Source: Candidatus Omnitrophota bacterium
GTDB taxonomy: Bacteria; Omnitrophota; Gorgyraeia; Gygaellales; Profunditerraquicolaceae
Direction of reading: 5' to 3'
DNA length: 34,342 nt
Assembly (NCBI GenBank): GCA_028716305.1
Contig: JAQUQA010000001.1
Location: forward strand, 1-34,342
Made by a program: the position numbers and the translations under genes. A model generated the notes under the pieces. It saw only the letters and a list, made by a program, of their open reading frames with translations, did no database searches and was not told where the DNA came from. Of the stretch, positions 9,204 to 16,853 are shown in pieces (positions within the stretch are counted from its first letter, which is position 1; every line of letters begins with the position of its first letter).

Positions 9204-10069
9204 CCAAATCTCTTTCGCAATTTAGTAAAAATAAGCTTTTTTCCATCTGCAGACATGGCCGATAGAATCCGCACTATTCCTTCTCCACAGATAACTTCCG
9301 GCATATTATCTTTTAAATTCCAAATCTTTCCCGGGTGCCTTTCCACAAAATTGATATCATTTACCGCAATAACCTTATCTACTACGATTTCTTCCTGCTC
9401 ATACATTGTCTTTGCCCCGAGATATGGCCAGCTAAGCGCGTCGACGAACCGTGCTATTTTTTTAGCAGGCCAACTCCAATCAATCAAATAATCAAATTTA
9501 TCACGCCACAAACTATAAGAAGCAAAATTATTATTTTGTTTATAGTACTTCAATTTTCCCAGCTGAGACTTTCTGAGTATATCCCGGGCTATCTGCACGT
9601 AGCAAAAAGCTAACTGATCATAGGCATCTTTAATCCTTAAGGGGTATTTAACAGTTAAGGCGGTCTGGGCACATATCGGGCCAGCGTCCCTTTGTGTATG
9701 CGGTTTCAATGCGGTTACGCCGATCCTATTATTACCCAAGATCAAGGCGTTTACGGTTGGAGCAAAACCCCTGAATTTAGGAAGCAAAGAGTCGTGAAAA
9801 ACTATAATTCTATCGTCTATCTTATCAAGAAGATACTGCCAGCCAACGATGAAAATTAAATCCGCCTTTAGACAGCCCATATCCAGATCCCTCTTTTCAA
9901 AAAAATTATATTTTTCCTTTCTGCATAACTTCCTGATAAAATCATAAGAATTATCAAGCGTGCCTTCTGTTGCGTATGAAACGACACAAGCAACCTTGCA
10001 CTCTTTATGGATAATTTTCAGAAAATTATACCCTTTGTACCCAGCGATTAAAAAAGCTATTTTTTTCAT
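9200..10069 (-). CDS. Formyltransferase-family protein (Fmt/ArnA-N/sugar N-formyltransferase-like)
   Basis: 289 aa. It carries the hallmark HDSLLPKFRGFAP (family motif H-x-SLLP-x-x-RG), a downstream TALKPHTQRDAGPI with the conserved Asp, and an Fmt-C-like C-terminal domain. The Asn normally 2 residues before the His is Val here (IIVFH). Confidence 0.8.
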   Translation of the reverse strand: MKKIAFLIAGYKGYNFLKIIHKECKVACVVSYATEGTLDNSYDFIRKLCRKEKYNFFEKRDLDMGCLKADLIFIVGWQYLLDKIDDRIIVFHDSLLPKFRGFAPTVNALILGNNRIGVTALKPHTQRDAGPICAQTALTVKYPLRIKDAYDQLAFCYVQIARDILRKSQLGKLKYYKQNNNFASYSLWRDKFDYLIDWSWPAKKIARFVDALSWPYLGAKTMYEQEEIVVDKVIAVNDINFVERHPGKIWNLKDNMPEVICGEGIVRILSAMSADGKKLIFTKLRKRFG

Positions 10070-10986
10070 AAGCCGATTTTCTCCGATATTATGTACAGGG
10101 GTCTCTTTTTTATTTCATAAAAGGCCTTCCCCAGATAGAGTCCGATTATCCCAAGAACAGTGATGATTATTCCTCCTATAAAATATAAAGAAACGATTAA
10201 GCTTGCCCATCCCATAATTGGGATCCCAAAGAAAATTTTCCGGTAGATTACGTATATCCCGACCAAAAAAGAAAGAAAAGAAATTATAAAACCAAAGGTA
10301 ATAGATAGCCTGAGCGGTTTATCGGAGTAGGCTACAATAGTATCTATGGCTAATTTACACAATGAACGGAAATTATATGAGCTCTTTCCGCTAAAACGCT
10401 GTTTAAATTCTACATCGATATAGGCCGTGGGATACCCCATCCAGTCAACCAATCCTCCAAAAAACCTCAAATTTTCTCTCATTAAGCGAAAGTTTTCAAC
10501 GACATTCCTCGACATAATCCTAAAATTCCTGATTCTGTAATCATAATGAATATCGGCCAGATAATTCAGGAATCTGTAAAACAAAATAGCTGAGCACCTT
10601 TTCAGAAAAAAATCATTTCGTCTGACCCTTCTGGCTATAACCATCTCAAAGCCATCTTTAGCTTTTTCGTATAACCTAGTTATATCCTCCGGCTTATCCT
10701 GGAGGTCGCAATCCATGACAACCACCCAGTCTCCTTTGGCGTAATCTAAACCGGCAGTAATCCCGTAATGCTGCCCAAAATTTCTACTAAACTTTATTCC
10801 TTTAAAATGCGGATCACTTTTGACTATTTGCTCAATAAGCTTCCAGGAATCATCCTTCCCCCCATCTTCAATTAATATAACTTCATAGGAATTAATTCCT
10901 GTAAGAGATTCTTTTAGGCGCGAGCAAAGTTCATTGAGACACTTCTCTGCATTGTAAACCGGGACGACCACAGAAATAACTGGCAT
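10066..10986 (-). CDS. GT2 polyprenyl-phosphate glycosyltransferase (ArnC/GtrB-like) with a C-terminal TM hairpin
   Basis: 306 aa. Motifs: VISVVVPVYNAEK, EVILIEDGGKDDS, SRNFGQHYGITAG and VVMDCDLQDKPEDI. Two C-terminal hydrophobic helices are present (LRLSITFGFIISFLSFLVGIYVIY and LIVSLYFIGGIIITVLGIIGLYL). The architecture is as I recall for E. coli ArnC. Confidence 0.85.
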   Translation of the reverse strand: MPVISVVVPVYNAEKCLNELCSRLKESLTGINSYEVILIEDGGKDDSWKLIEQIVKSDPHFKGIKFSRNFGQHYGITAGLDYAKGDWVVVMDCDLQDKPEDITRLYEKAKDGFEMVIARRVRRNDFFLKRCSAILFYRFLNYLADIHYDYRIRNFRIMSRNVVENFRLMRENLRFFGGLVDWMGYPTAYIDVEFKQRFSGKSSYNFRSLCKLAIDTIVAYSDKPLRLSITFGFIISFLSFLVGIYVIYRKIFFGIPIMGWASLIVSLYFIGGIIITVLGIIGLYLGKAFYEIKKRPLYIISEKIGL

Positions 10987-10997
10987 ATACGCTCCTT

Positions 10998-12131
10998 TTA
11001 TTGCTCAAGGGTCATTAAAGCTAAATCGGCCATTTTCCGGATTTCTTTTTTTCTTAAACCAATCCACAATGGTAACCTAATTATCCTTTTGCTTATATCA
11101 AGGGTATTGCTTAATTTTCCAACACTGCGGGAGAACTTCAAACCCGCCTTTGAATTATGCAGTGGTACGTAATGAAAAATAGCCTGGTATCCCTTATCTC
11201 GCAGATGTTTCAGCACTAAAGCGCGCTTCCTGTGTGTCGCAACCAGAATATAATACATATGGGCGTTGTGCCTGCAGTTTCTGGGAATAACCGGACGCCG
11301 CAGAATTCTGTCAGCCTCTGGCTCTTTAAACATGGCGTGATACTGTTCCCAAATATCCAAGCGCGAACTCCTGATGAGGTACTCAGAAGTCATTTGGGCC
11401 CAAAGGAAAGCTGCATTAATCTCGCTGGGTAAAAATGACGAACCTATGTCAACCCAGGAGTACTTATTGACCTCCCCCCTGAAAAACTTGCTCCGGTTGG
11501 TGCCTTTTTCCCTGATAATTTCTGCCCGTTCCATATAATTTTTATCATTAATCAACAGCGCTCCGCCTTCTCCGCAATGGATATTTTTTGTCTCGTGAAA
11601 GCTTATTATGGCAAAATGGCCAAAGCTGCCCAGGGGCTTGTTATTATACATGCTCGAAAGGGCATGGGCCGCATCTTCAATGACCAAAAGATTATACTCC
11701 TTCGCAATCTTCATTATGGTTTCCATTTCACAGCCTATTCCTGCGTAGTGTACGGGCACTATGGCTTTAGTCTTTTTGGTTATGGCCTTCTTTAACTGTC
11801 TTTCATCCAAATTCAAAGTATCTGGCCTAATATCAATAAAAACAGGAATAGCCCCCCTTAATACAAAAGCATTTGCCGTAGAAGTGAAAGTAAAAGAAGG
11901 CATAATCACTTCATCACCGGGACGAATATCTGCCAGGATTGCCGCCATCTCCAAGGCCGCCGTTCCAGAATGGGTAAGCAAGGCCCCCTGGCAACCAATT
12001 TTATTCACTAGCCATTGATTACACTTTTTTGTAAAAAACCCGTCACCGGAAAGTTGGCCGAATTTTACCGCTTGACTGATATATTTAGTCTCCTTGCCAG
12101 TAATATACGGCCGATTAAAAGGTATTTTCAT
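10998..12131 (-). CDS. wecE: DegT/DnrJ/EryC1 PLP aminotransferase, WecE-like (dTDP-4-keto-6-deoxyhexose 4-aminotransferase type)
   Basis: 377 aa. Long stretches match my memory of E. coli WecE: IPFNRPY..G.E..Y, GDG.FT..C..WL, GDEVIMPSFTF.STANAFVLRGA, VHYAG..CEM..IM, SFHETKN (PLP Lys), AEIIREKGTNRS.FFRG.V.KY.W.DIGSS and NAHMYYI. Confidence 0.85.
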   Translation of the reverse strand: MKIPFNRPYITGKETKYISQAVKFGQLSGDGFFTKKCNQWLVNKIGCQGALLTHSGTAALEMAAILADIRPGDEVIMPSFTFTSTANAFVLRGAIPVFIDIRPDTLNLDERQLKKAITKKTKAIVPVHYAGIGCEMETIMKIAKEYNLLVIEDAAHALSSMYNNKPLGSFGHFAIISFHETKNIHCGEGGALLINDKNYMERAEIIREKGTNRSKFFRGEVNKYSWVDIGSSFLPSEINAAFLWAQMTSEYLIRSSRLDIWEQYHAMFKEPEADRILRRPVIPRNCRHNAHMYYILVATHRKRALVLKHLRDKGYQAIFHYVPLHNSKAGLKFSRSVGKLSNTLDISKRIIRLPLWIGLRKKEIRKMADLALMTLEQ

Positions 12132-12154
12132 CTTATGCCCTCATTTCCGTTCAT

Positions 12155-12751
12155 TTACTTAGTACATTCAATAATCAGATGATTATAGGGTATATTAAGC
12201 ATGTCATCGCGCAATTCCGTCTTAACGCCAGAGAAAACCTTTGATGCAAGATTTACGTATTCTTCCCGGTTCCTGACAAATTTACCGCGGTCCTTTGAAA
12301 GAATAAAACGTATTAACCGGTGCTGATTTTTAGTGTAACATCCGTCAATAGTTAACATCCTCCCGCCTTTTTTTAAGCCCGCAAAGGCAAGTTTGAATAA
12401 ATCTACCGCTTCCCGATCATTTAGATGATGCATTACCCCATTGGCCATAATTAAGTCGAATAAGGGCAAGGTTTCAATTATATTCATGTCAATATTCGAA
12501 CAAAAGAAATTACCGACTTTTGAATAATTTTCCTTAGCTGATTTAATATACTGTGCGTTTATATCAAAACCCGTATAAATAACTCCCGTTAAGAATTTCA
12601 AAATGTCAGCTGGCCCGCAGCCAACATCCAATATCTTATCGCCTTCCCGGGGCCTTAAGTAATTAGAAACAAATAACGCATGTGCCTTTCCGCCCCCGAC
12701 AATATTATAAAATAACCTGTAAAACAGCGGGGAATCCAATAAATACCTCAT
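12155..12751 (-). CDS. Class I SAM-dependent methyltransferase
   Basis: 198 aa. Motif I is ILDVGCGPADIL. The blocks FDLIMANGVMHHL and LKKGGRMLTIDG are also present. There is an ATGA overlap with the upstream membrane-protein gene. Confidence 0.85.
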   Translation of the reverse strand: MRYLLDSPLFYRLFYNIVGGGKAHALFVSNYLRPREGDKILDVGCGPADILKFLTGVIYTGFDINAQYIKSAKENYSKVGNFFCSNIDMNIIETLPLFDLIMANGVMHHLNDREAVDLFKLAFAGLKKGGRMLTIDGCYTKNQHRLIRFILSKDRGKFVRNREEYVNLASKVFSGVKTELRDDMLNIPYNHLIIECTK

Positions 12752-14277
12752 TTTGTTATTCCTTTGAGCAAACGACTTTCGGAAATTAATTTGTAGTTAA
12801 TTATAAAAACGTTATTAATAGGCTGAGTCATACTTATATTATTAATTTTCCGATATTCCACTATTTGCGGTATGGCAAATGCTAACGTATCAGCGAATTT
12901 TTTAGGAGATTCGCTTGCCAGATATACTTCAATATTTTTATTTTCAGTGGCTAAGAAAACCATTCCCTTGATACCTTCGTAATGAAACATATTGGCACCG
13001 TAATATGTCTCAAAGAGATTGGATTGGTTCCCGAATAAACTATGTGGAATGTTTTTCGCTAAACTATTAACATCTACAATGACAACTTCTTTATTTTTTA
13101 TAGTCTCTCTATTTTCTTTGATTACCCCGAAGATTGCGGCGTTTATTCTGCAAGACACTACTTGAGCCCAGGAATTTCCCTGGGAAACTAAAAGACATAG
13201 AAAAATAATACATATAGATGGAACCAGCCATTTGTTTCGCATCTTTTCAAAAATATTAACCAGTATGATTGATACACCGATACTTGGCATGATTAGATAT
13301 CTGCTGGCTATACCAAAGTTTTTATTCATAAGAAACGGCAAAATAAAAATAATGAATAGAATTAAAGCATAAAGGTTGCTCTTATTTCTTTTTACTGCCC
13401 CCGGGTAACTTACCATCATACGTATAATAGTAAACAAGACAAAAACGTCAATAAAAATGATGGGGATCAACCATGAGGGGGATATTGTAAAAAATTTATA
13501 AATGCCATATATCATGCTTCTAGCTAAATACCTGCCGAAATAATGATTGAATACATCAATCAATGGCCTGATGGGCAATATCGCTAAATCTAGGTTATAG
13601 CCCGACATCCTCAATTGACTGGAGCCAAAGGAATTAGTGAAACGGTAAAACGTATATAAAATAACAGGGATCAAGTAATAAAAAGAATACCTGGTTTTAT
13701 TTCTCTCATAAAATATGCAATAAAAGAACGCGGCAACTGGCAGAAAAAAACCGGCTTCATACCAAAATATACCGATTGTATACCCAAATATAGCTGAAAA
13801 TAAAAATAATTTACGCTGGTTCTTGAGAAAATAAATAAACGCTATCAAGGATAAGATATAAATACTTACTACGATATTAATATTTAGAAAAATCAAAGTG
13901 TGGTAAATTTCCAATTTATTTGGCAGAAGGATGTAAAATAACGAGGCGAAAAAAGCGCTCATTTCATTTCCAAGTAGCAATAAAAATAACCAATATATGC
14001 AAATGAGTAGCAAAGTACTCGAAATCACTAACGAGATGAATCCAAGAGCGACATTTTCACCGATCAATTTTCCCTGAAGCATAAAAAAAGAATATATGAT
14101 TGGGCGGTCAGGAACCTTAAACATTATTTTAGGTATTTGCTCAATCTCGACATTTTTTGACTGAGCCAAATAAAAATAATCATCGGAAGAAAAAGAGGCT
14201 CTCTCTAAAGGCAGAAAATGAGCGACCATATTCAGCAGAATCAGCAGGCTGACAAAGAACAGCTGTTTTTTATTCAT
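12748..14277 (-). CDS. Unassigned ~12-TM membrane protein with a soluble C-terminal domain; GT-C-like; paralogue B of 7644..9203
   Basis: 509 aa with the same layout as 7644..9203. TM1 is followed by a loop with SSDDYFYL. Shared blocks include FFMLQGKLIGEN, LEIYHTLIFLNIN, FWYEAGFF, HYFGRYLARSMIYG and VSQGNSWAQVVSCRIN. There is an ATGA overlap with the upstream GT2. Confidence 0.6.
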   Translation of the reverse strand: MNKKQLFFVSLLILLNMVAHFLPLERASFSSDDYFYLAQSKNVEIEQIPKIMFKVPDRPIIYSFFMLQGKLIGENVALGFISLVISSTLLLICIYWLFLLLLGNEMSAFFASLFYILLPNKLEIYHTLIFLNINIVVSIYILSLIAFIYFLKNQRKLFLFSAIFGYTIGIFWYEAGFFLPVAAFFYCIFYERNKTRYSFYYLIPVILYTFYRFTNSFGSSQLRMSGYNLDLAILPIRPLIDVFNHYFGRYLARSMIYGIYKFFTISPSWLIPIIFIDVFVLFTIIRMMVSYPGAVKRNKSNLYALILFIIFILPFLMNKNFGIASRYLIMPSIGVSIILVNIFEKMRNKWLVPSICIIFLCLLVSQGNSWAQVVSCRINAAIFGVIKENRETIKNKEVVIVDVNSLAKNIPHSLFGNQSNLFETYYGANMFHYEGIKGMVFLATENKNIEVYLASESPKKFADTLAFAIPQIVEYRKINNISMTQPINNVFIINYKLISESRLLKGITK

Positions 14278-14960
14278 AGCCTTAACCTCAAAAGGAAAAG
14301 TTGCTTAAAATTGGCCCAGATTGTCGCCGGATTATTTACTTTTGACCGACCGCAGACCCTGGGCTTCATCTCAATCGGGATACTGGTGATCTTATATCCG
14401 CGCTTTTTGGTCTTGATAATCAGCTCCATCAACACTGTCCACGGCCGGCCACCCGGGGAAAGCAGCTCGATTTTATCGAGCAATCGGCGCCTGAACATCA
14501 ACACTCCCTGAAATTTAGGCATCGGCCCAAAAAGCAGAAAGAATAAGGCCTTCTCCACCCGCGAAAGGGCCCGGGAAAGCAGAGAATCGTTCCTTTTCGG
14601 CAGGTAACCCAGGACCATATCGTGCTCTTGGGCTAAAGGCAGGAACTTATCAAGCAGATCCGCGGAAAACTGCCCGTCCGCCGAATAAAAAGTAAGCAGG
14701 TCCTTGGTCGCCCTGGCAAAGGCGGTACGGTAACCCGTTCCCAGTCCGCAATTATTGCCGTGGTGTATGACCGAAACCCGCTCCAGATCGTGACTCAGGC
14801 GATCCGCGATTTTTCCGGTTTTATCCGTGCTCCCGTCATCAATAACCACCAGCTCAAAATCCCCGCCCTGTCTGGAAAGGGCCTTCCAGGCCTGCCTCGT
14901 CACCTGCTCCAGGGTGGCCTCTTCATTAAAAGCTAAAATAAAAAGACTGATACTTTGCAT
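14274..14960 (-). CDS. GT2 glycosyltransferase, short soluble DPM1/polyprenyl-phosphate-hexose-synthase-like
   Basis: 228 aa. Motifs: ISLFILAFNEEATL, ELVVIDDGSTDKTGKIA, NCGLGTGYRTAF and FYSADGQF (DxD-like region). There is no C-terminal TM segment. Confidence 0.8.
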   Translation of the reverse strand: MQSISLFILAFNEEATLEQVTRQAWKALSRQGGDFELVVIDDGSTDKTGKIADRLSHDLERVSVIHHGNNCGLGTGYRTAFARATKDLLTFYSADGQFSADLLDKFLPLAQEHDMVLGYLPKRNDSLLSRALSRVEKALFFLLFGPMPKFQGVLMFRRRLLDKIELLSPGGRPWTVLMELIIKTKKRGYKITSIPIEMKPRVCGRSKVNNPATIWANFKQLFLLRLRL

Positions 14961-14965
14961 GCCGT

Positions 14966-15880
14966 CTATGGGTACAGATGGTAAAAATTAAAGGTTTCTC
15001 TTACCCGGAAACCCGCTTTTTCGTAAAATCTTTTTAACCCCGGGTGCTCGGACTCAAAATTAAGGATGATCCCCTTATTTTCAGATTGTAATCTTTTATG
15101 CGCCTCTTTGATCAGGCTCATTCCAATACCGTGCTTGCGCTCACCCTTTTTAACCACGATCATATCAACAAAACCATATCTTTCTCCAAGGAAATCCCTT
15201 TGGTCATAAGCGATAAAGCCGGCGATCCTCCCCTTCCGGCAGGCAACCAGGCAGGTATCCACCCGGCCGGATAGATCATTCATCGCCCATTGATAGTAAA
15301 GCCGCTTGACCTTATTTTTATCCAGGCGAGATTCTCTTAAAAGCCGGTTCTTATATCCGCTTGCCATGATCGCACAGATATCCTTAAATTCATTTTTTTT
15401 AGGCTCACGGATGAGCATGCCCTTGGGTTCGAAAGATATTTTTTCTTTAAAAGAAAGCCGCGCGTTAAGGGTCCGCGAGATCAAACGGGCCTTATTTTTT
15501 TTTAGCGCAAAGATAAGCGGCCGGCCGCCCACCGGGTCCCTGAAGAAGATTATCTTTACTCCGGCCGATCTGCAACGCCTGAGTAGGTCTTTGATCAGGT
15601 TATCGTAAAGCGAGGAACGCTTTAGGGTATTTTTTCGGGTCGCGATAAAAAGCATCCTGGCGGCCTTTACCCCCAGGAGCCGGCTGTCCCAACCAAGCAG
15701 CTGATATGCCAAAACCCCGGATAAGGGCTTTTTGCCTTGTCCGGGAAAGATAACGTATTCTTGCCCGCTTAAGGGAGATACCTTTCCCCCAAAGTAATTC
15801 TTTAAGGCAAGAGCTTCCTGGGATTCCCGCAAGAATACCCGCACGGCGCTTTCAGTTAATTTTCCTTTTGCTTCAGGCAT
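14966..15880 (-). CDS. Two-domain GNAT N-acetyltransferase, WecD-like (amino-sugar N-acyltransferase type)
   Basis: The C-terminal GNAT motif A is VVKKGERKHGIGMSLIKEA, followed by FYEKAGFRV. An upstream LLGWDSRLLG segment resembles the L.WDS.FFG start of WecD-type enzymes. The ORF is open to 15937. I prefer the ATG at 15880, which gives an ATGCCTGA 8-nt overlap with the SDR stop. Confidence 0.7.
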   Translation of the reverse strand: MPEAKGKLTESAVRVFLRESQEALALKNYFGGKVSPLSGQEYVIFPGQGKKPLSGVLAYQLLGWDSRLLGVKAARMLFIATRKNTLKRSSLYDNLIKDLLRRCRSAGVKIIFFRDPVGGRPLIFALKKNKARLISRTLNARLSFKEKISFEPKGMLIREPKKNEFKDICAIMASGYKNRLLRESRLDKNKVKRLYYQWAMNDLSGRVDTCLVACRKGRIAGFIAYDQRDFLGERYGFVDMIVVKKGERKHGIGMSLIKEAHKRLQSENKGIILNFESEHPGLKRFYEKAGFRVRETFNFYHLYP

Positions 15881-16853
15881 TCGCGGATTCCTTGTTTTTC
15901 CTGAACCATTCGATGGTCTTTTCAATGCCTTCTTCAATCCCTATCTTCGCCTTGAAATCAAGTATCTTCTCGGCTTTAGAGACATCGGGAAGCCTCCTGG
16001 ATATATCTTCGTAGCCGCTGCCGTAAATCTCCTCCGGCTGGATATGCACGATCTCGGATTTCGAACCGGTAACTTTTTTAATGATCTTTGCCAGTTCCAG
16101 AATAGTAATTTCCTTGGAATCTCCGATATTAAAAATCTGTCCTTCCGCTTCTTTTAAGACCGCGCATTTAACCAATCCCTTGATTACGTCTTCGACATAG
16201 GTAAAACACCTGGTCTGTTTGCCGTCACCGATAACCGTGATCTGCTTATTGGCCAATGCCTGGACAATAAAACGCGACATTACCCTGCCGCTGCCCTCGA
16301 TATCAAGCTTTGGCCCATAGGCGTTAAAAAAACGAACGATACTCATGGGAAGCCCCTGGCGGTGATACCCGATCAGCATATATTCCCCCAGGGCCTTGGT
16401 CGAGGAATAAACCCAGCGGTCTACGCTAGTCGGCCCCAGTAATCTGTCGTCGTCTTCTTTAAAGGGCACATTCGGGCTTTTACCATAGATCTCGGAAGTC
16501 GAGGTAAAAATGACCTTTTTCTTGTATTTAAAGGCCAGGGAAGCCACATTTTTTGTTCCGTCGACATTTATGCTGATGACCTTGAGAATGTCCCCGATAA
16601 TGTTCTCTACACCTACTGCCGCGGCCAAGTGATACACCAGGTCGCACTTTTTTATGAGAATCTCCAGCGCCGCCTCTTCCAGGATCGAACTTTCAAAAAA
16701 ATTAAAGTTTTTATGACTTTCGAATTCCCCGATATTATTCTTGTTGCCCCTGAGCATAATATCAAGCCCATAGACCTCATTTCCTTCTTTAAGCAGCTTT
16801 TCCGCAAGATGCGCGCCGATAAAACCCGCGACCCCCGTGATCAATATCCTCAT
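15873..16853 (-). CDS. Extended SDR, NAD-dependent epimerase/dehydratase family; ArnA C-terminal (UDP-uronate 4-oxidase/decarboxylase)-like
   Basis: 326 aa. MRILITGVAGFIGAHL carries the GxxGxxG motif. FTSTSEIYG, RWVYSSTKALGEY (YxxxK), GDGKQTRCFTYVEDV and GYEDISRRLPD parallel ArnA segments PSTSEVYG, RWIYSVSKQL, GGKQKRCFT and GYQDVEHRKP as I remember them. Confidence 0.8.
   Translation of the reverse strand: MRILITGVAGFIGAHLAEKLLKEGNEVYGLDIMLRGNKNNIGEFESHKNFNFFESSILEEAALEILIKKCDLVYHLAAAVGVENIIGDILKVISINVDGTKNVASLAFKYKKKVIFTSTSEIYGKSPNVPFKEDDDRLLGPTSVDRWVYSSTKALGEYMLIGYHRQGLPMSIVRFFNAYGPKLDIEGSGRVMSRFIVQALANKQITVIGDGKQTRCFTYVEDVIKGLVKCAVLKEAEGQIFNIGDSKEITILELAKIIKKVTGSKSEIVHIQPEEIYGSGYEDISRRLPDVSKAEKILDFKAKIGIEEGIEKTIEWFRKNKESANA

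Noticed and set aside
12132-12154. Short spacers (12132..12154, 2779..2801, 19703..19716 and 1936..1953) as possible internal promoters or terminators.
   Set aside because: They are only 14-23 nt long and are mainly occupied by purine-rich Shine-Dalgarno-like sequence ahead of the next ATG. There is no room for -35/-10 elements or a stem-loop with a U-tract.
7644-14277. The two similar membrane-protein genes as an assembly duplication or recent tandem repeat.
   Set aside because: The protein similarity is only partial. Even the one 16-residue block that is identical at protein level differs at 9 of 16 codons, all synonymously, so the copies are anciently diverged and independently maintained.
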